From an uncultured Candidatus Nemicrothrix sp. (GTDB lineage Bacteria > Actinomycetota > Acidimicrobiia > Acidimicrobiales > MedAcidi-G1), in assembly GCA_964344855.1 (NCBI GenBank), contig CAYFOV010000009.1, positions 28,235 through 92,234 of the forward strand: a DNA stretch of 64,000 bases. The letters run 5' to 3'. Within the stretch, counting starts at the first letter, position 1. The number at the start of each line of letters is the position of its first letter. Shown one piece after another: positions 19,498 through 29,578 of the stretch. The notes beneath the pieces are model-generated. The model was given only the letters and a program-made list of their open reading frames with translations. It was not told the DNA's origin and ran no database searches. The position numbers and the translations under genes were made by a program.

Positions 19498-20709
19498 TCA
19501 GTCCCGGGTGATGCGCCCGGCCACCCTGTCGGCCACCAGCCCGCCGATCTCGAGTGAGGCGGTGGCCGCCGGGGAGGGGGCGTTGACCACGTGCAGGGAG
19601 CGCTCTCCCTCCACCAGGTGGAAGTCGTCCAGCAGGTTGCCGTGTACGTCGACGGCCTGTGCACGCACCCCTGCTCCCGACCTACTGAGGTCGGCCGGGT
19701 CGAGGTCGGGCACGAGGACCCTGGCTGAGTCGGCGAACCTGCTGGTGCTGACAGACCTCAGGGCCTCGTCGAGGCCGGCCCTCCACCAGCGCCGGGCCAT
19801 CCTTAGCGTGCCGGGCCATGCCACGGTCGACGCAAGGTCCCGCAGGGAGGCGTCACTCCACCTGTAGCCCTCGCGGGCGAGGGCCAGCACGGCGTTGGGG
19901 CCGGCGTGGACGCGGCCGTCCAGCCCCCGGGTCAGGTGCACGCCCAGGAACGGGAGGGCCGGGTCGGGCACCGGGTACACGAGCCCCCTGACCAGGTCGG
20001 CGGAGGGCCCAACCACGTCCAGGTACTCGCCCCGGAAGGGCAGGATCCTGGCCCCCGGGTCGGCGCCGGAACCGAGCGCCACCCTGTCGCTGTGCAGACC
20101 GGCGCAGCCGACGAGGAAGCCGGCCGACATGGGCCCGTCTTCGGTCCGGACACTCCATCCCGAAGCCGTGGCCCTGGCCGAGGCGAAGGACACCCCGGTC
20201 CTCACCGTGCCGCCGGCGCCCTCCACCCTGTCAGCCAGCACCCTGGCCACCGCACCGAAGTCGGCTCTACCCGTGGAGGGAACGTGCAGGGCCGCAACAC
20301 ACGAGACGTGCGGCTCCAGCTCGGCGGCGGCGGCCGGCTCCAGCTCGGCCACCTCAACCCCGTTGGCGGCGGCCCGGGCTCCCAGGTCGGAAAGGCGCCT
20401 CCGTCCGTCCTCGTCGGTGGCCACGACCAGCTTGCCGCAGCGGTCGTGGGCGACGCCGTGGTCGGCGCAGAAGGCTGCCATGCTGGCGGCTCCCAGCACA
20501 GCCAGCCGGGCCTTCAGGGAACCCGGTTGGTAGTAGATGCCGGCGTGGATGACCCCGCTGTTGTGGCCCGTCTGGTGGGTTCCCACCTCGGACTCCTTTT
20601 CCAGCACGACCACGCTGGCGCCGTCGAGGCGCCCCTGGAGTGCGTGGGCGGTGGCCAGGCCGATGATGCCGCCCCCGACCACCACTACGTCGGCGCGCCG
20701 GCCTTCCAT
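19498..20709 (-). CDS. lhgO: L-2-hydroxyglutarate oxidase/dehydrogenase
   Basis: DVVVVGGGIIGLATA.., GTHQTGHNSGVIHAGIYYQPGSLKA and VNAPSPAATASL are characteristic LhgO blocks. 403 aa. Confidence 0.75.
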   Translation of the reverse strand: MEGRRADVVVVGGGIIGLATAHALQGRLDGASVVVLEKESEVGTHQTGHNSGVIHAGIYYQPGSLKARLAVLGAASMAAFCADHGVAHDRCGKLVVATDEDGRRRLSDLGARAAANGVEVAELEPAAAAELEPHVSCVAALHVPSTGRADFGAVARVLADRVEGAGGTVRTGVSFASARATASGWSVRTEDGPMSAGFLVGCAGLHSDRVALGSGADPGARILPFRGEYLDVVGPSADLVRGLVYPVPDPALPFLGVHLTRGLDGRVHAGPNAVLALAREGYRWSDASLRDLASTVAWPGTLRMARRWWRAGLDEALRSVSTSRFADSARVLVPDLDPADLSRSGAGVRAQAVDVHGNLLDDFHLVEGERSLHVVNAPSPAATASLEIGGLVADRVAGRITRD

Positions 20710-20758
20710 GGGCCGACGGTACCGGTGGCGGATCCGGTCGGGCGACCGGAGGGTGGGC

Positions 20759-21880
20759 TCAGCGGCGGTCCAGCGCCAGCAGGGGCTCGACGTACTCGAG
20801 GTCGAAGGTCCCGGCCACGGCCCGGTCGGTGATCGCGCCGGCGCACACGTTCAGGCCGTTGAGCAGGTGCGGGTCGCTGCGGAGGGCGGCGTCGGTGCCC
20901 TGGTCGGCCAGGGCCAGGGCGAAGGGAAGGGTGGCGTTGGAGAGCGCCAGCGTGGAGGTGCGGGGCACCCCCCCGGGCATGTTGGCCACGCAGTAGTGGA
21001 CGACCCCGTCGACCACGAAGGTGGGGTCGGTGTGGGTCGTGGGCCGGGTGGTCTCGAAGCATCCGCCCTGGTCGACCGCCACGTCCACGAGGACCGAGCC
21101 GTCGCGCATCTGGGAGAGCATCTCGCGCGTGACCAGCCGGGGCGCCCTGGCTCCCTTCACCAGGACCGCTCCGATCACCAGGTCGGCGTCCAGCACGGAG
21201 GCCTCCAGGTCTGCCCTGGTCGAGTAGACGGTGCGGATCCTGTTGCCGAAGCGCTTGGCCAGCGCCTCCAGGACTGCCGGGTTGCGGTCCAGCACGGTCA
21301 CGTCGGCCCCCAGGCCGACCGCCATCTCCGCGGCGTTCTCGCCGACCACGCCCCCGCCGATCACGACCACCCTGCCGGGGCGTACCCCGGGGACGCCGCC
21401 GAGCAGCAGGCCGGCTCCCCCCTGTGTGGACTCGAGGGCGTGGGCCCCGGCCTGTATGGACATGCGCCCGGCGATGGCCGACATGGGCGCCAGCAGCGGG
21501 AGCCGTCCGGCGTCGTCGGTGACGGTCTCGTAGGCGATGCAGGTGGCCCCGCCGGCCATCAACTCCTCGGTCTGGGGCCTGTCGGCTGCCAGGTGCAGGT
21601 AGGTGAAGAGCGTGTGGTGGGGGCGCAGCAGGGCCCGCTCCACGGCCTGGGGCTCCTTCACCTTCACGATCAGCTCGGCCGAGCCGAACACCTCGTCGGC
21701 CGTGCCGGCCATGGCGGCGCCGGCCTCCTTGTACTCGGTGTCGGGGAAGCCGGCACCCAGCCCGGCGTCGCTCTGGACGACCACGCTGTGGCCCCTGGCG
21801 GTCAGCTCGCCCACGACGGCCGGGGTCACGCTCACCCTGCGCTCTGCGGTCTTGATCTCGGTCGGAACCCCGATGTCCAT
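20759..21880 (-). CDS. ald: Alanine dehydrogenase
   Basis: [20 protein letters not shown].., [14 protein letters not shown] and HYCVANMPG are canonical Ald blocks. Start at ATG 21880. Confidence 0.9.
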   Translation of the reverse strand: MDIGVPTEIKTAERRVSVTPAVVGELTARGHSVVVQSDAGLGAGFPDTEYKEAGAAMAGTADEVFGSAELIVKVKEPQAVERALLRPHHTLFTYLHLAADRPQTEELMAGGATCIAYETVTDDAGRLPLLAPMSAIAGRMSIQAGAHALESTQGGAGLLLGGVPGVRPGRVVVIGGGVVGENAAEMAVGLGADVTVLDRNPAVLEALAKRFGNRIRTVYSTRADLEASVLDADLVIGAVLVKGARAPRLVTREMLSQMRDGSVLVDVAVDQGGCFETTRPTTHTDPTFVVDGVVHYCVANMPGGVPRTSTLALSNATLPFALALADQGTDAALRSDPHLLNGLNVCAGAITDRAVAGTFDLEYVEPLLALDRR

Positions 21881-22030
21881 GGTCCGCGCTCCTCGGTGCT
21901 CGTGGCGGGGCGGCATCCCTGTCCCCCTGTTGGAGCGACGGTAGGGGAGGAGCCGCGCTCGGCGATTGTGGAGGAAGGCCGGAAGGGGGCTTCATGCACA
22001 ATCCGATTGCGCCGAACTAGTATATAGAGG

Positions 22031-22516
22031 ATGGAAAGTGCAGAGAATCAACTCGACAGGGTGGATCATGCCATCCTGGACCTCCTGCAGCGCGACGGCA
22101 GGATCGCCAACGTGGACCTGGCCGAGGCCGTCCACCTGTCGCCCTCGGCCTGCCTGCGCAGGGTCCGCCGCCTCGAGGAGGGCGGCTTCATAGACCGCTA
22201 CGTGGCGCTCGTGGATCCCGGCTCGGTGGGCCTCGGAACCGACGTGTTCGTGGAGATCACCCTGGTGGGCCAGGCCGAGGCCACCCTCGATGCCTTCGAG
22301 GCGGCCGTGGCCGACAGGCCCGAGGTCATGAGCTGCCACCTCATGGCCGGGGACTTCGACTACCTGGTCCACGTGGTGGTCAGGGACGTGGCCGACTACG
22401 AGGTGCTCCACAGGACCCACCTTGCCCAGCTGCCCGGCGTGGCACGGATGGTCTCCAACTTCGCCCTGCGGCCGATCTGCGACCGCACCGCCTACCCGGT
22501 GGGCCCGAGGAGCTGA
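22031..22516 (+). CDS. Lrp/AsnC family transcriptional regulator (AldR-like by its divergent position to ald)
   Basis: LDRVDHAILDLLQRDGRIANVDLAEAVHLSPSACLRRVRRLEEGGFI HTH plus an RAM/ACT-like C-terminus. Divergent from ald. Confidence 0.85.
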   Translation: MESAENQLDRVDHAILDLLQRDGRIANVDLAEAVHLSPSACLRRVRRLEEGGFIDRYVALVDPGSVGLGTDVFVEITLVGQAEATLDAFEAAVADRPEVMSCHLMAGDFDYLVHVVVRDVADYEVLHRTHLAQLPGVARMVSNFALRPICDRTAYPVGPRS

Positions 22517-22619
22517 GCGACCCCGCCGGACGGGATGGCTGAGCAGGCAGGTGGTGGCCGGGGTTGGGCCCGAGGCGCTGAGCGGTCCCGTCGGCCCGGC
22601 CGACGCCCCGGCCGGTCAA

Positions 22620-23951
22620 ATGCCCCGCCCGGCGGCGACCCGACCGCCCTATCGTCGCCTCGTGGCAACAGCGCAGACGCCCGACCAGGCGAGCGACCAG
22701 GCGGGCGGTAGGGCCAGCGGGAAGGCGAGCGGGAGGGTGAGCGACCCGGCCCCCGACCGGACGCCGTCGGAGCGCCGCGAGTCCGTGCTGGTCCAGGTGA
22801 CCGGGCGCGACCACCCGGGAATCACCTCAGGCCTCCTGAGGGTGCTCAACGAGGCCGGCGCCGACGTGGAGGACGTGGAGCAGGTGGTCATCCGGGGGCG
22901 CCTCTCGCTGGGCCTGGCTGTGACCGTCCCCGCCGGCCGCGACCTCCTCAGGGAGCTGCTGCTGTACGGCTGGGAGAGTGGGGTCATCATCGACTTCGAG
23001 GTCGTCGAGGAGGCGTCCCCGAGGCCCAAGCCCAGCGGACACGTGGTGACCATCCTGGGAGAGAGCCTCGGCCCAGGGGACCTGGGCGTGGTGGCCGAGG
23101 CCATCGCGACGGCCGGCGGCAACATCGAGCGGATCGTGCGGCTCTCCCGCTACCCGGTGTGGAGCTATGAGCTGCTCGTCCGGGGTGGCGACACGGCAGG
23201 CCTGCGCTCCGACCTGCTGGCCGCCTGCTCGAACCACCCGGGCTTCGAGGTGGCGGTGGCCAGGGAGGGCCTGGCCAGGCGGTCGCAGCGCCTGGTCGTG
23301 ATCGACGTCGACTCGACCCTCATCACCGACGAGGTGATCGACCTTGTGGCCGCCGAGGCGGGGGTCGGGGAGGAGGTGGCCGAGGCCACCAGGCGGGCCA
23401 TGGAGGGGGAGCTGGACTTCGAGGAGTCGCTGCGCCAGCGGGTCTCGCTGCTGGCCGGTACCGACGCCTCCGTGCTGGACCGGGTCGCCGAGGCGGTGAG
23501 CCTCACCCCAGGGGCCCGCACCTTCTTCCGCACCCTCCACAGGCTGGGTTACAGGACAGCGGTCGTCAGCGGCGGCATCTCCCAGGTGGTCGACCGCCTG
23601 GTCGAGCGGCTGGAGATCGACCACGCCCACGCCAACCTGCTCGAGGTCGAGGACGGCGTCCTGACCGGGCGCATCGTCGGCGACGTGGTCGACAGGGAGG
23701 GCAAGGCCGCCCTCCTGCGCAGGATCGCCGACTCCGAGGGCGTGCCGCTGGAACAGGTGGTGGCTGTCGGCGACGGCGCCAACGACCTCGACATGCTGGA
23801 CGCAGCCGGCCTCGGGATCGCCTTCAACGCCAAGCCGGTCGTGAGAGCCTCGGCCGACGCCTCGCTGAGCCTTCCCTACCTCGACGCCATCCTCTTCCTG
23901 CTGGGCGTCAGCAGGGAGGAGATCGAGGAGGCCGACCGCCTGGACACATGA
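22620..23951 (+). CDS. serB: Phosphoserine phosphatase SerB with N-terminal ACT domains
   Basis: ACT region (VLVQVTGRDHPGITSGLLRVL). HAD motifs (VVIDVDSTLI, VVSGG, GDGANDLDML). The start is uncertain: ATG 22620 was chosen, and later GTG codons are possible. Confidence 0.8.
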   Translation: MPRPAATRPPYRRLVATAQTPDQASDQAGGRASGKASGRVSDPAPDRTPSERRESVLVQVTGRDHPGITSGLLRVLNEAGADVEDVEQVVIRGRLSLGLAVTVPAGRDLLRELLLYGWESGVIIDFEVVEEASPRPKPSGHVVTILGESLGPGDLGVVAEAIATAGGNIERIVRLSRYPVWSYELLVRGGDTAGLRSDLLAACSNHPGFEVAVAREGLARRSQRLVVIDVDSTLITDEVIDLVAAEAGVGEEVAEATRRAMEGELDFEESLRQRVSLLAGTDASVLDRVAEAVSLTPGARTFFRTLHRLGYRTAVVSGGISQVVDRLVERLEIDHAHANLLEVEDGVLTGRIVGDVVDREGKAALLRRIADSEGVPLEQVVAVGDGANDLDMLDAAGLGIAFNAKPVVRASADASLSLPYLDAILFLLGVSREEIEEADRLDT

Positions 23952-23973
23952 ACCGGGCGGCCTGTCGGCCGGC

Positions 23974-24885
23974 TCAGAGCAGGGACCTCAGGAACTCCCT
24001 CGTCCTGGCCAGCTCCTCCTCCGACCGGCCGAACTCCAGCGCAGCGAAGTCGGTCGCTCCCGCCTCCGCCAGGGCCGCGACCTGCTCCGCCACGGCGGCC
24101 TCGTCGCCGACGACCGACACGTCGCCGGGGCCGGCCGCCCCCTCCAGGTCCAGCATCGACCGGTATGACGGCAACCCGCCGTAGAGGGCGAACACCTGGT
24201 CGGCAGCCTCCCGCACCGCGTCCGGTTCGTCGGTCACGCAGACCGGGAGGCTGCAGACGATCCTGGGTTCAGGCCTGCCTGCCTCTGCGGCCGCGGCCGT
24301 CAGCCTCGGCCGGATGTGGTCGGCAATGGTCCGGGGCCCGACCATCCACAGGATCGTTCCGTCGGTGCGGTGGCCGGCAACCCGCAGCGCCTGCTCTCCG
24401 AGGGCGGCGACCATGACCGACGGCGGCCGGTCCGTCGGACGCTGTGAGGCCACGTGGGCCGTGAATGTCTCACCCTCGTGGTCGGCGCTGCCGGTCTCGA
24501 GGAGGGAGACCAGGACCTCCAGGTAGTCGACCAGGTGCCTGATCGGCCTCTCGAAGGACATTCCCAGCATCCCCTCGATGACCGGCCGATGCGACAGGCC
24601 GATTCCCAGCACCAGGTCCCGGTCACCCAGGGCCGCTGCGGTCGTCAGGGCCTGGCCGGCCAGCATGGTTGGGTGCCTCTGGAACGTCGGAACCACGGCC
24701 GTACCCAACTCGATCCCCGGCGCCGAGGCAGCCACCGCCGGGAACACGGTCAGGGCGTCGACCAGGCCCGTCTGGGCCAGCCACCACCCTGAGAAGCCGT
24801 CGGCCGCCGCGGCGGCGGCGTGCTCCCGCAGCCGTCCCAGGTCGGCGTGCACCAACTCGGCCGAGGCGTTGATGGCTATGCGCAT
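23974..24885 (-). CDS. LLM-class (luciferase-like) F420-dependent oxidoreductase
   Basis: Luciferase-like monooxygenase pattern (MRIAIN.., GIELGTAVVPTFQRHP, LGIGLSH). GAGGAGG lies upstream of ATG 24885. Confidence 0.7.
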   Translation of the reverse strand: MRIAINASAELVHADLGRLREHAAAAAADGFSGWWLAQTGLVDALTVFPAVAASAPGIELGTAVVPTFQRHPTMLAGQALTTAAALGDRDLVLGIGLSHRPVIEGMLGMSFERPIRHLVDYLEVLVSLLETGSADHEGETFTAHVASQRPTDRPPSVMVAALGEQALRVAGHRTDGTILWMVGPRTIADHIRPRLTAAAAEAGRPEPRIVCSLPVCVTDEPDAVREAADQVFALYGGLPSYRSMLDLEGAAGPGDVSVVGDEAAVAEQVAALAEAGATDFAALEFGRSEEELARTREFLRSLL

Positions 24886-24935
24886 GGAGACCCTCCTCTC
24901 TCCCCGGCCCGATGGTCCGTAGGCCGGACGATCCG

Positions 24936-25391
24936 TCAACCCGACGATTCGACCACGGCTGCGAGGGACCCGACCAACCGGGCCACCAGGTCCTCGAGGG
25001 ACCCAATGAAGCCCTCACCGCTGCCGTCGGCGGGAGGGTCCAGCACCAGCGACCACGACACGAGACAGGAGGGCCCGCGGTCCACGAAGGCGGTCGTTCC
25101 CTCGCAGAGCGCGAGGGGCGTTCCCGCCAACCCGTATACCCGACGCCACGGAGGCTCGTGGGAGATGACCGTTTCGGTCAGGGCCAGCCCGCCCACCTCC
25201 AGCTCCCGCACGGCCCCGAGGCCGTGCGGCGGGGGGTCCCCCTCCGTGCGGTAGCCGCCCGACTCCCCGACCAGCACCTCGTGGAGGAGGTCCCATGCCG
25301 ACCGGCGGTCGGTGGACAGCTCCCGCTCGACGGCGAAGGTCCGGTATGCCTTCCTCTCCTGGCTCACGTCTGTCCGTCCACCCCGAGACAC
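24936..25391 (-). CDS. SRPBCC (START/polyketide cyclase-like) family protein
   Basis: About 150 aa (..FAVERELSTDRRSAWDLL.. ..CLVSWSLVLDPP..). The start is uncertain. Confidence 0.5.
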   Translation of the reverse strand: MSRGGRTDVSQERKAYRTFAVERELSTDRRSAWDLLHEVLVGESGGYRTEGDPPPHGLGAVRELEVGGLALTETVISHEPPWRRVYGLAGTPLALCEGTTAFVDRGPSCLVSWSLVLDPPADGSGEGFIGSLEDLVARLVGSLAAVVESSG

Positions 25392-25394
25392 CGC

Positions 25395-26960
25395 TCAGAA
25401 CCCTGCCGCCTCGCCCACCACGGAGCGCGGGTCCGCGGCTCCCCTGAGGCCGCCGTCGACCACCTCGATGCAGTGGGCGTGGCCGAAGTTGGCATTCCCG
25501 ACCCGGGCCGCGTGGCCGCGCTCCACCAGGCCCGGCACCCACGCCTGTGGTGCGTGCTCCTCCACGACCACCTCGACGGCCCCGCCCGCCTCCCACGTGC
25601 GAAAGGCGCTTCCTCCCCCGGCCAGGATCCAGCGCCCCCCGCCGACAACGTGCCCGGGGTCGGAGCCGTCGACCAGCAGCCTCACCAGCATCTGCAGCAC
25701 GACCTGCGGCTGGGCGTCCGCGCCCATGGTCCCCAGCACCGCCCGCAGGCCGCCGTCGGGCCGGGTCACCAACGCCGGGGCGAGGGTGTGGGGCGGCCTC
25801 CTGCCGGGTCCGTAGCGGGCAGGGTGCCCCGGCTCGACGCTGAAACCCGTGCCCCTGTTGTGGAGGAACACGCCCAGCCCGGGAAGGGTCAGGTGGCTAC
25901 CGAAGCCGTCGGCGTTGGACTGGATAAGCGAGACCCCCATGCCCTCGCCGTCCACCACGCACATGTAGATGGTGTCGCCCTCGTGCCAGGAATCGCCGAG
26001 TAGCGCCGCCGAGTCGGGGTTGACGGCGGCCCGGCGTGGGCCCAGCCTGGCCTCGTCCAGCAGGGCCGGGCCGTCGGCCCCCTCGTGCAGCACCGTCGGC
26101 CTGTCGTGGCCGGCCCGTCGGGCCGCCTCGACCAGCAGGTGGGCGCGCAGTGGGTCCTCCTCGGGGGGCAGGTCCAGTCCCTCTGCTATCAGGGCGGCCG
26201 AGAGGGACAGGTAGCCCTGTGAGTTGGGCGGTACTGTCCAGACCCGGTGCCCCCAGAGGTCGGCAGCCAGCGGCTCCACCCAGTTGGTCCCGGGCCGTGA
26301 CAGGTCCCCGGGCGTGTACTCCCCGGCGCCCACCTCCAGCAGGGCCTCACCGAACCGGCCGGCATACACCGCGTCGCGGCCGCCCCGACCGAAGTCGGTG
26401 AGGACCGAAGCCACCCCAGGCCGCCTGACCAGGTCGCCCGCCTTCGCCACGGTGGCGAAGTCCTCGGCTCCCTGGACGCCGGTCACCGCCCCTACGGCGT
26501 CGGCCAGCAGCGGTGACGCAGCGAAGCCGTCGTGCGCGATACGCGCGGCCGGCTCCATCAGGTCGGCCAGCGGGACCGAGCCGAAGCGCCGGTGCAGGGC
26601 CCACCACCCGTCGATGCACCCAGGAACCGGCACCGACCTCACGTCGCCACGGTGGGGCATGTCCGCCAGCCCGTCCGCGGCCAGGCTCTCCGGGTCGGCG
26701 CCCGAGCCGGCCCTGCCCGAGGCGTTCAGGCAGGCCGGTGCCCCTGTTCCGTCGTGTACCAGGGCGAAGAGGTCGCCACCGATGCCGCACATGTGCTGGG
26801 CCGTGACCGCCAGCACGGCATTGGCGGCGATGGCGGCATCGACGGCGTTGCCGCCGTCGGCCAGGACGGCCACCCCTGCCCGGGTGGCCAGGGCGTCCAC
26901 GGTGCACACCATCGCCTCGCCCGCCAGCCGCAGCTGGTCTCCCCAGGGAGCCATGTCCAC
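25395..26960 (-). CDS. ggt: Gamma-glutamyltransferase family protein
   Basis: GGNAVDAAIAANAVLAV..CGIGGD, and GDTIYMCVVD, which holds the autoprocessing Thr region. About 520 aa. ATG 26954 is an alternative to GTG 26960. Confidence 0.8.
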   Translation of the reverse strand: MDMAPWGDQLRLAGEAMVCTVDALATRAGVAVLADGGNAVDAAIAANAVLAVTAQHMCGIGGDLFALVHDGTGAPACLNASGRAGSGADPESLAADGLADMPHRGDVRSVPVPGCIDGWWALHRRFGSVPLADLMEPAARIAHDGFAASPLLADAVGAVTGVQGAEDFATVAKAGDLVRRPGVASVLTDFGRGGRDAVYAGRFGEALLEVGAGEYTPGDLSRPGTNWVEPLAADLWGHRVWTVPPNSQGYLSLSAALIAEGLDLPPEEDPLRAHLLVEAARRAGHDRPTVLHEGADGPALLDEARLGPRRAAVNPDSAALLGDSWHEGDTIYMCVVDGEGMGVSLIQSNADGFGSHLTLPGLGVFLHNRGTGFSVEPGHPARYGPGRRPPHTLAPALVTRPDGGLRAVLGTMGADAQPQVVLQMLVRLLVDGSDPGHVVGGGRWILAGGGSAFRTWEAGGAVEVVVEEHAPQAWVPGLVERGHAARVGNANFGHAHCIEVVDGGLRGAADPRSVVGEAAGF

Positions 26961-27118
26961 CGGGGCAGCATCGCACAGCCCGCCGCCGGCCGGTGGCCCG
27001 TCCCTGCTGCCCGGCCTCGCCGTCGTGGTCGCCTCCCTGTGATACTCGGTGGAGACGGGGGGGCGGTGCCGGCGACAGGGACCGGCGTTGACGACAGGGA
27101 GCAGCGGGGGAGGCAGCC

Positions 27119-28291
27119 ATGGGCGACGAACAGGTACGGGAGGCCGTGGCCGGCCTGGAGGGGTACGCCTTCGACGAGATGCCCTGGACGGTCCCGCCTC
27201 CCCTCTCCCAGAGCAGGGTGGCCGTGGTCACGACCGCAGGGCTGAGGCCCGACGGGGGCGCCGACTGGAACCCCGGCGACCAGTCCTTCACCCTCCTGCC
27301 CGCCGACCGGCGCGACCTGGTCCTGGCCCACTTCAGCCCCAACTTCGACAGGACCGGATGGCTCGTGGACCCCAACGTGGTCTTCCCACTCGACCGCCTG
27401 GACGAGCTGGCCGCCGAGGGGGTGATCGGGTCGGTGGCCGACGTGCACGTCTCGTTCATGGGGGCCCAGATCGACCACACCCTCGAGACCATCCGGTTGG
27501 ACACGGGTCCGGCCGCCGCAAGGGCGCTGCTCGACGACGGGGTCGACGTGGCCCTGCTTACCCCCGTCTGACCGCTGTGCACGCGTACCGTGGGTACGCT
27601 CGCATCGGTCCTGGAGGAGGCCGGGATCGCCACCGTGGCGCTGTCCCTGATCCGCCAGCAGGTGGAGACGACGAGGCCGCCGCGGGCACTCCACTGCCAT
27701 TTCCCGCTGGGCCGTCCGCTGGGGAGGCCCGCCGACCCGGCCTTCCAGACGAGGGTGCTGCGGAGCGCCCTGGACCTGCTCGGCGAACAGGGCGGGCCGG
27801 TGCTGGTCGACTTCGACGAGGTGGTGGAGGACGACTCGGCCGCCCCGCTGGCCTGTGCCATCCCTCCTGCCGATGCGGGCGACGTCCACCCCGCCGAGGC
27901 AGAGGCCGGCGGCCTCCTGCCGGCCTGGCGGCGCAGCCTCGAGGAGCACGGCCGTACAACGGTTGGAAAGGTGGTGCCGGCCGAGGAGGTTCCTGCGGTG
28001 GTCGGGCTCTTCGCCCGGATCGCCGACGGGGAGGACTGGAAGGAGGTGGGCCTCCCCGGAGACCCCACCAAGGTGGCCGCGGACGTGCGCAACTTCTACG
28101 AGGAGGCAGCCCTGTCCCTATCCGACGGGGTCCCCGGAGCGCGCCAGGCCGAGTCCTGGTTCGTGGACCACACCGCCGCCGGTGACGTCGTGCAGAGGGC
28201 CCGCCTCGAGATGAAGGACCAGGGGGCGGGCTTCTACTTCTGGTACTACCTGCTGCCCCTCAGCCAGCACCACGACCCGCGGGAAGGCTGA
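27119..28291 (+). CDS. Glycine/sarcosine/betaine/D-proline reductase selenoprotein B (GrdB/PrdB) family protein, with in-frame TGA 27569-27571 read as selenocysteine (U-x-x-C)
   Basis: ORFs 27119..27571 and 27590..28291 are in the same frame and only this TGA separates them. The junction reads LLTPV-U-PLCTRTVGTLASVLEEAGIATV. GRDB-like blocks lie upstream (VAVVTTAGL, DPNVVFPLDRLDELAAEG). A hairpin starts 11 nt downstream of the TGA. Confidence 0.7.
27583..27599 (+). promoter_or_regulatory. SECIS-like hairpin GCGUACC-GUG-GGUACGC downstream of UGA 27569
   Basis: Perfect 7-bp stem starting 11 nt after the UGA, with a GU-containing apical loop. A further GUGC/GCAU lower stem is possible across an internal loop. 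Confidence 0.5.
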
Positions 28292-28401
28292 GGCGGGGAC
28301 AACCCTGCACCAGCCGAAGCGGCTGCCGTAGGGGCCGGCCGCGGTGCAGAGCGGGCGCGGGGTGACCGGTACCCTTGCCTGACCCCAGGCAGGAGGAGCG
28401 C

Positions 28402-29559
28402 ATGGCCACCGACCCGGAACTGGCCGACCAGATAGTCGGCACCGTACGCAGCTGGGTTGAGCGCGACGTCATCCCCAACGTGGCCCGCTTCGAGGCTGCC
28501 GACGAGTTCCCGCAGGCCATGTTCGCCCAGATGTGCGGCTTCGGGCTGTTCGGGGCGACCATCCACGAGGAGTACGGGGGCCTGGGCCTGGACGTGACCA
28601 CCTACACGCGGATCATCGAGGAGCTCTCCCGCGGCTACATGTCCCTGGCCGGAATCCTCAACACCCACAAGATCGCGGCCACCATGATCGCCCGCTTCGG
28701 CACTGACGAACAGCGCAGCAGCCTCCTGCCGCGTATGTGTGACGGCTCCTTCCGGGCTGCCTTCTCGCTCTCGGAGCCCGACGCTGGAAGCGACACCGGC
28801 GCCCTCCGCTGCCGGGCCGTCCGCGACGGCGATGAGTGGGTGGTCAACGGCACCAAGATGTGGGTCACCAACGGCATGAGGGCCTCGCTGGTCATGCTGC
28901 TGGCCCGCACCCCCGATGACCGGATCACCTGCTTCCTCGTGGAGAAGGAGCCGGGCGAGGAGTACGGCGGCATCACCGTGTCGAAGAAGATCGACAAGCT
29001 GGGCTACCGGGGCCTCGAGACCGTGGAGATGTCCTACGTGGACCACCGGATCCCTGCCGACAGCGTGCTCGGCGGCGAGGAGGGCATCGGACACGGGAGG
29101 GGCTACGCCCTCTCGGCCCTGGAGCTGGGGCGGATCAACGTGGCGGCCAGGGCAGTGGGCGTGGCCCAGGCCGCCTTCGAGGCGGCCATGGCGTACGCCC
29201 AGCAGCGTGAGGCCTTCGGCCGGCCGATCGTGCAGCACCAGGCGGTCTCCTTCCGGCTGGCTGAGATGGCCACCAGGCTGCAGGCCGCCAGGCTCATGAC
29301 CTACGACGCCGCCCGCCTGGCGGACCTGGGCGAGCGCGTCGACCTGGAGGCGGGCATGGCCAAGCTGTTCGCCTCGGAGGCCGCGTTCGAGATTGCCGCC
29401 GACGCAATGCGGATCCACGGTGGCAACGGCTATACAACCGAGTACCCGGTGGAGCGCTACCTTCGGGACGCCCCCCTCATGATCATCGGCGAGGGCACCA
29501 GCGAGATCCAGAAGATGGTGATCGCACGCAAGCTGGTGGAGCGCCACCCGGTGGAGTGA
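28402..29559 (+). CDS. Acyl-CoA dehydrogenase
   Basis: ACAD blocks ([50 protein letters not shown]). AGGAGGAG lies upstream of ATG 28402. Confidence 0.85.
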   Translation: MATDPELADQIVGTVRSWVERDVIPNVARFEAADEFPQAMFAQMCGFGLFGATIHEEYGGLGLDVTTYTRIIEELSRGYMSLAGILNTHKIAATMIARFGTDEQRSSLLPRMCDGSFRAAFSLSEPDAGSDTGALRCRAVRDGDEWVVNGTKMWVTNGMRASLVMLLARTPDDRITCFLVEKEPGEEYGGITVSKKIDKLGYRGLETVEMSYVDHRIPADSVLGGEEGIGHGRGYALSALELGRINVAARAVGVAQAAFEAAMAYAQQREAFGRPIVQHQAVSFRLAEMATRLQAARLMTYDAARLADLGERVDLEAGMAKLFASEAAFEIAADAMRIHGGNGYTTEYPVERYLRDAPLMIIGEGTSEIQKMVIARKLVERHPVE

Positions 29560-29578
29560 ACAGGGGAGCGGAGCGGGA

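Noticed and set aside
25389-25397. In-frame TGA (25395-25397, minus strand) between the gamma-glutamyltransferase ORF and the SRPBCC ORF, which might be taken for a third recoding site.
   Set aside because: The GGT sequence ends with a typical family C-terminus (..DPRSVVGEAAGF). The downstream ORF is an unrelated, complete small domain. There is no Cys-motif context and no hairpin, so the frame coincidence is the expected 1-in-3 chance.
26961-27118. Possible riboswitch or leader in the 158-nt region upstream of the GrdB-family gene (repeated GACAGGGA and a G-rich run).
   Set aside because: It does not resemble any riboswitch consensus I can recall (glycine, SAM, TPP, cobalamin). It more likely holds the divergent promoters for ggt and the selenoprotein candidate.
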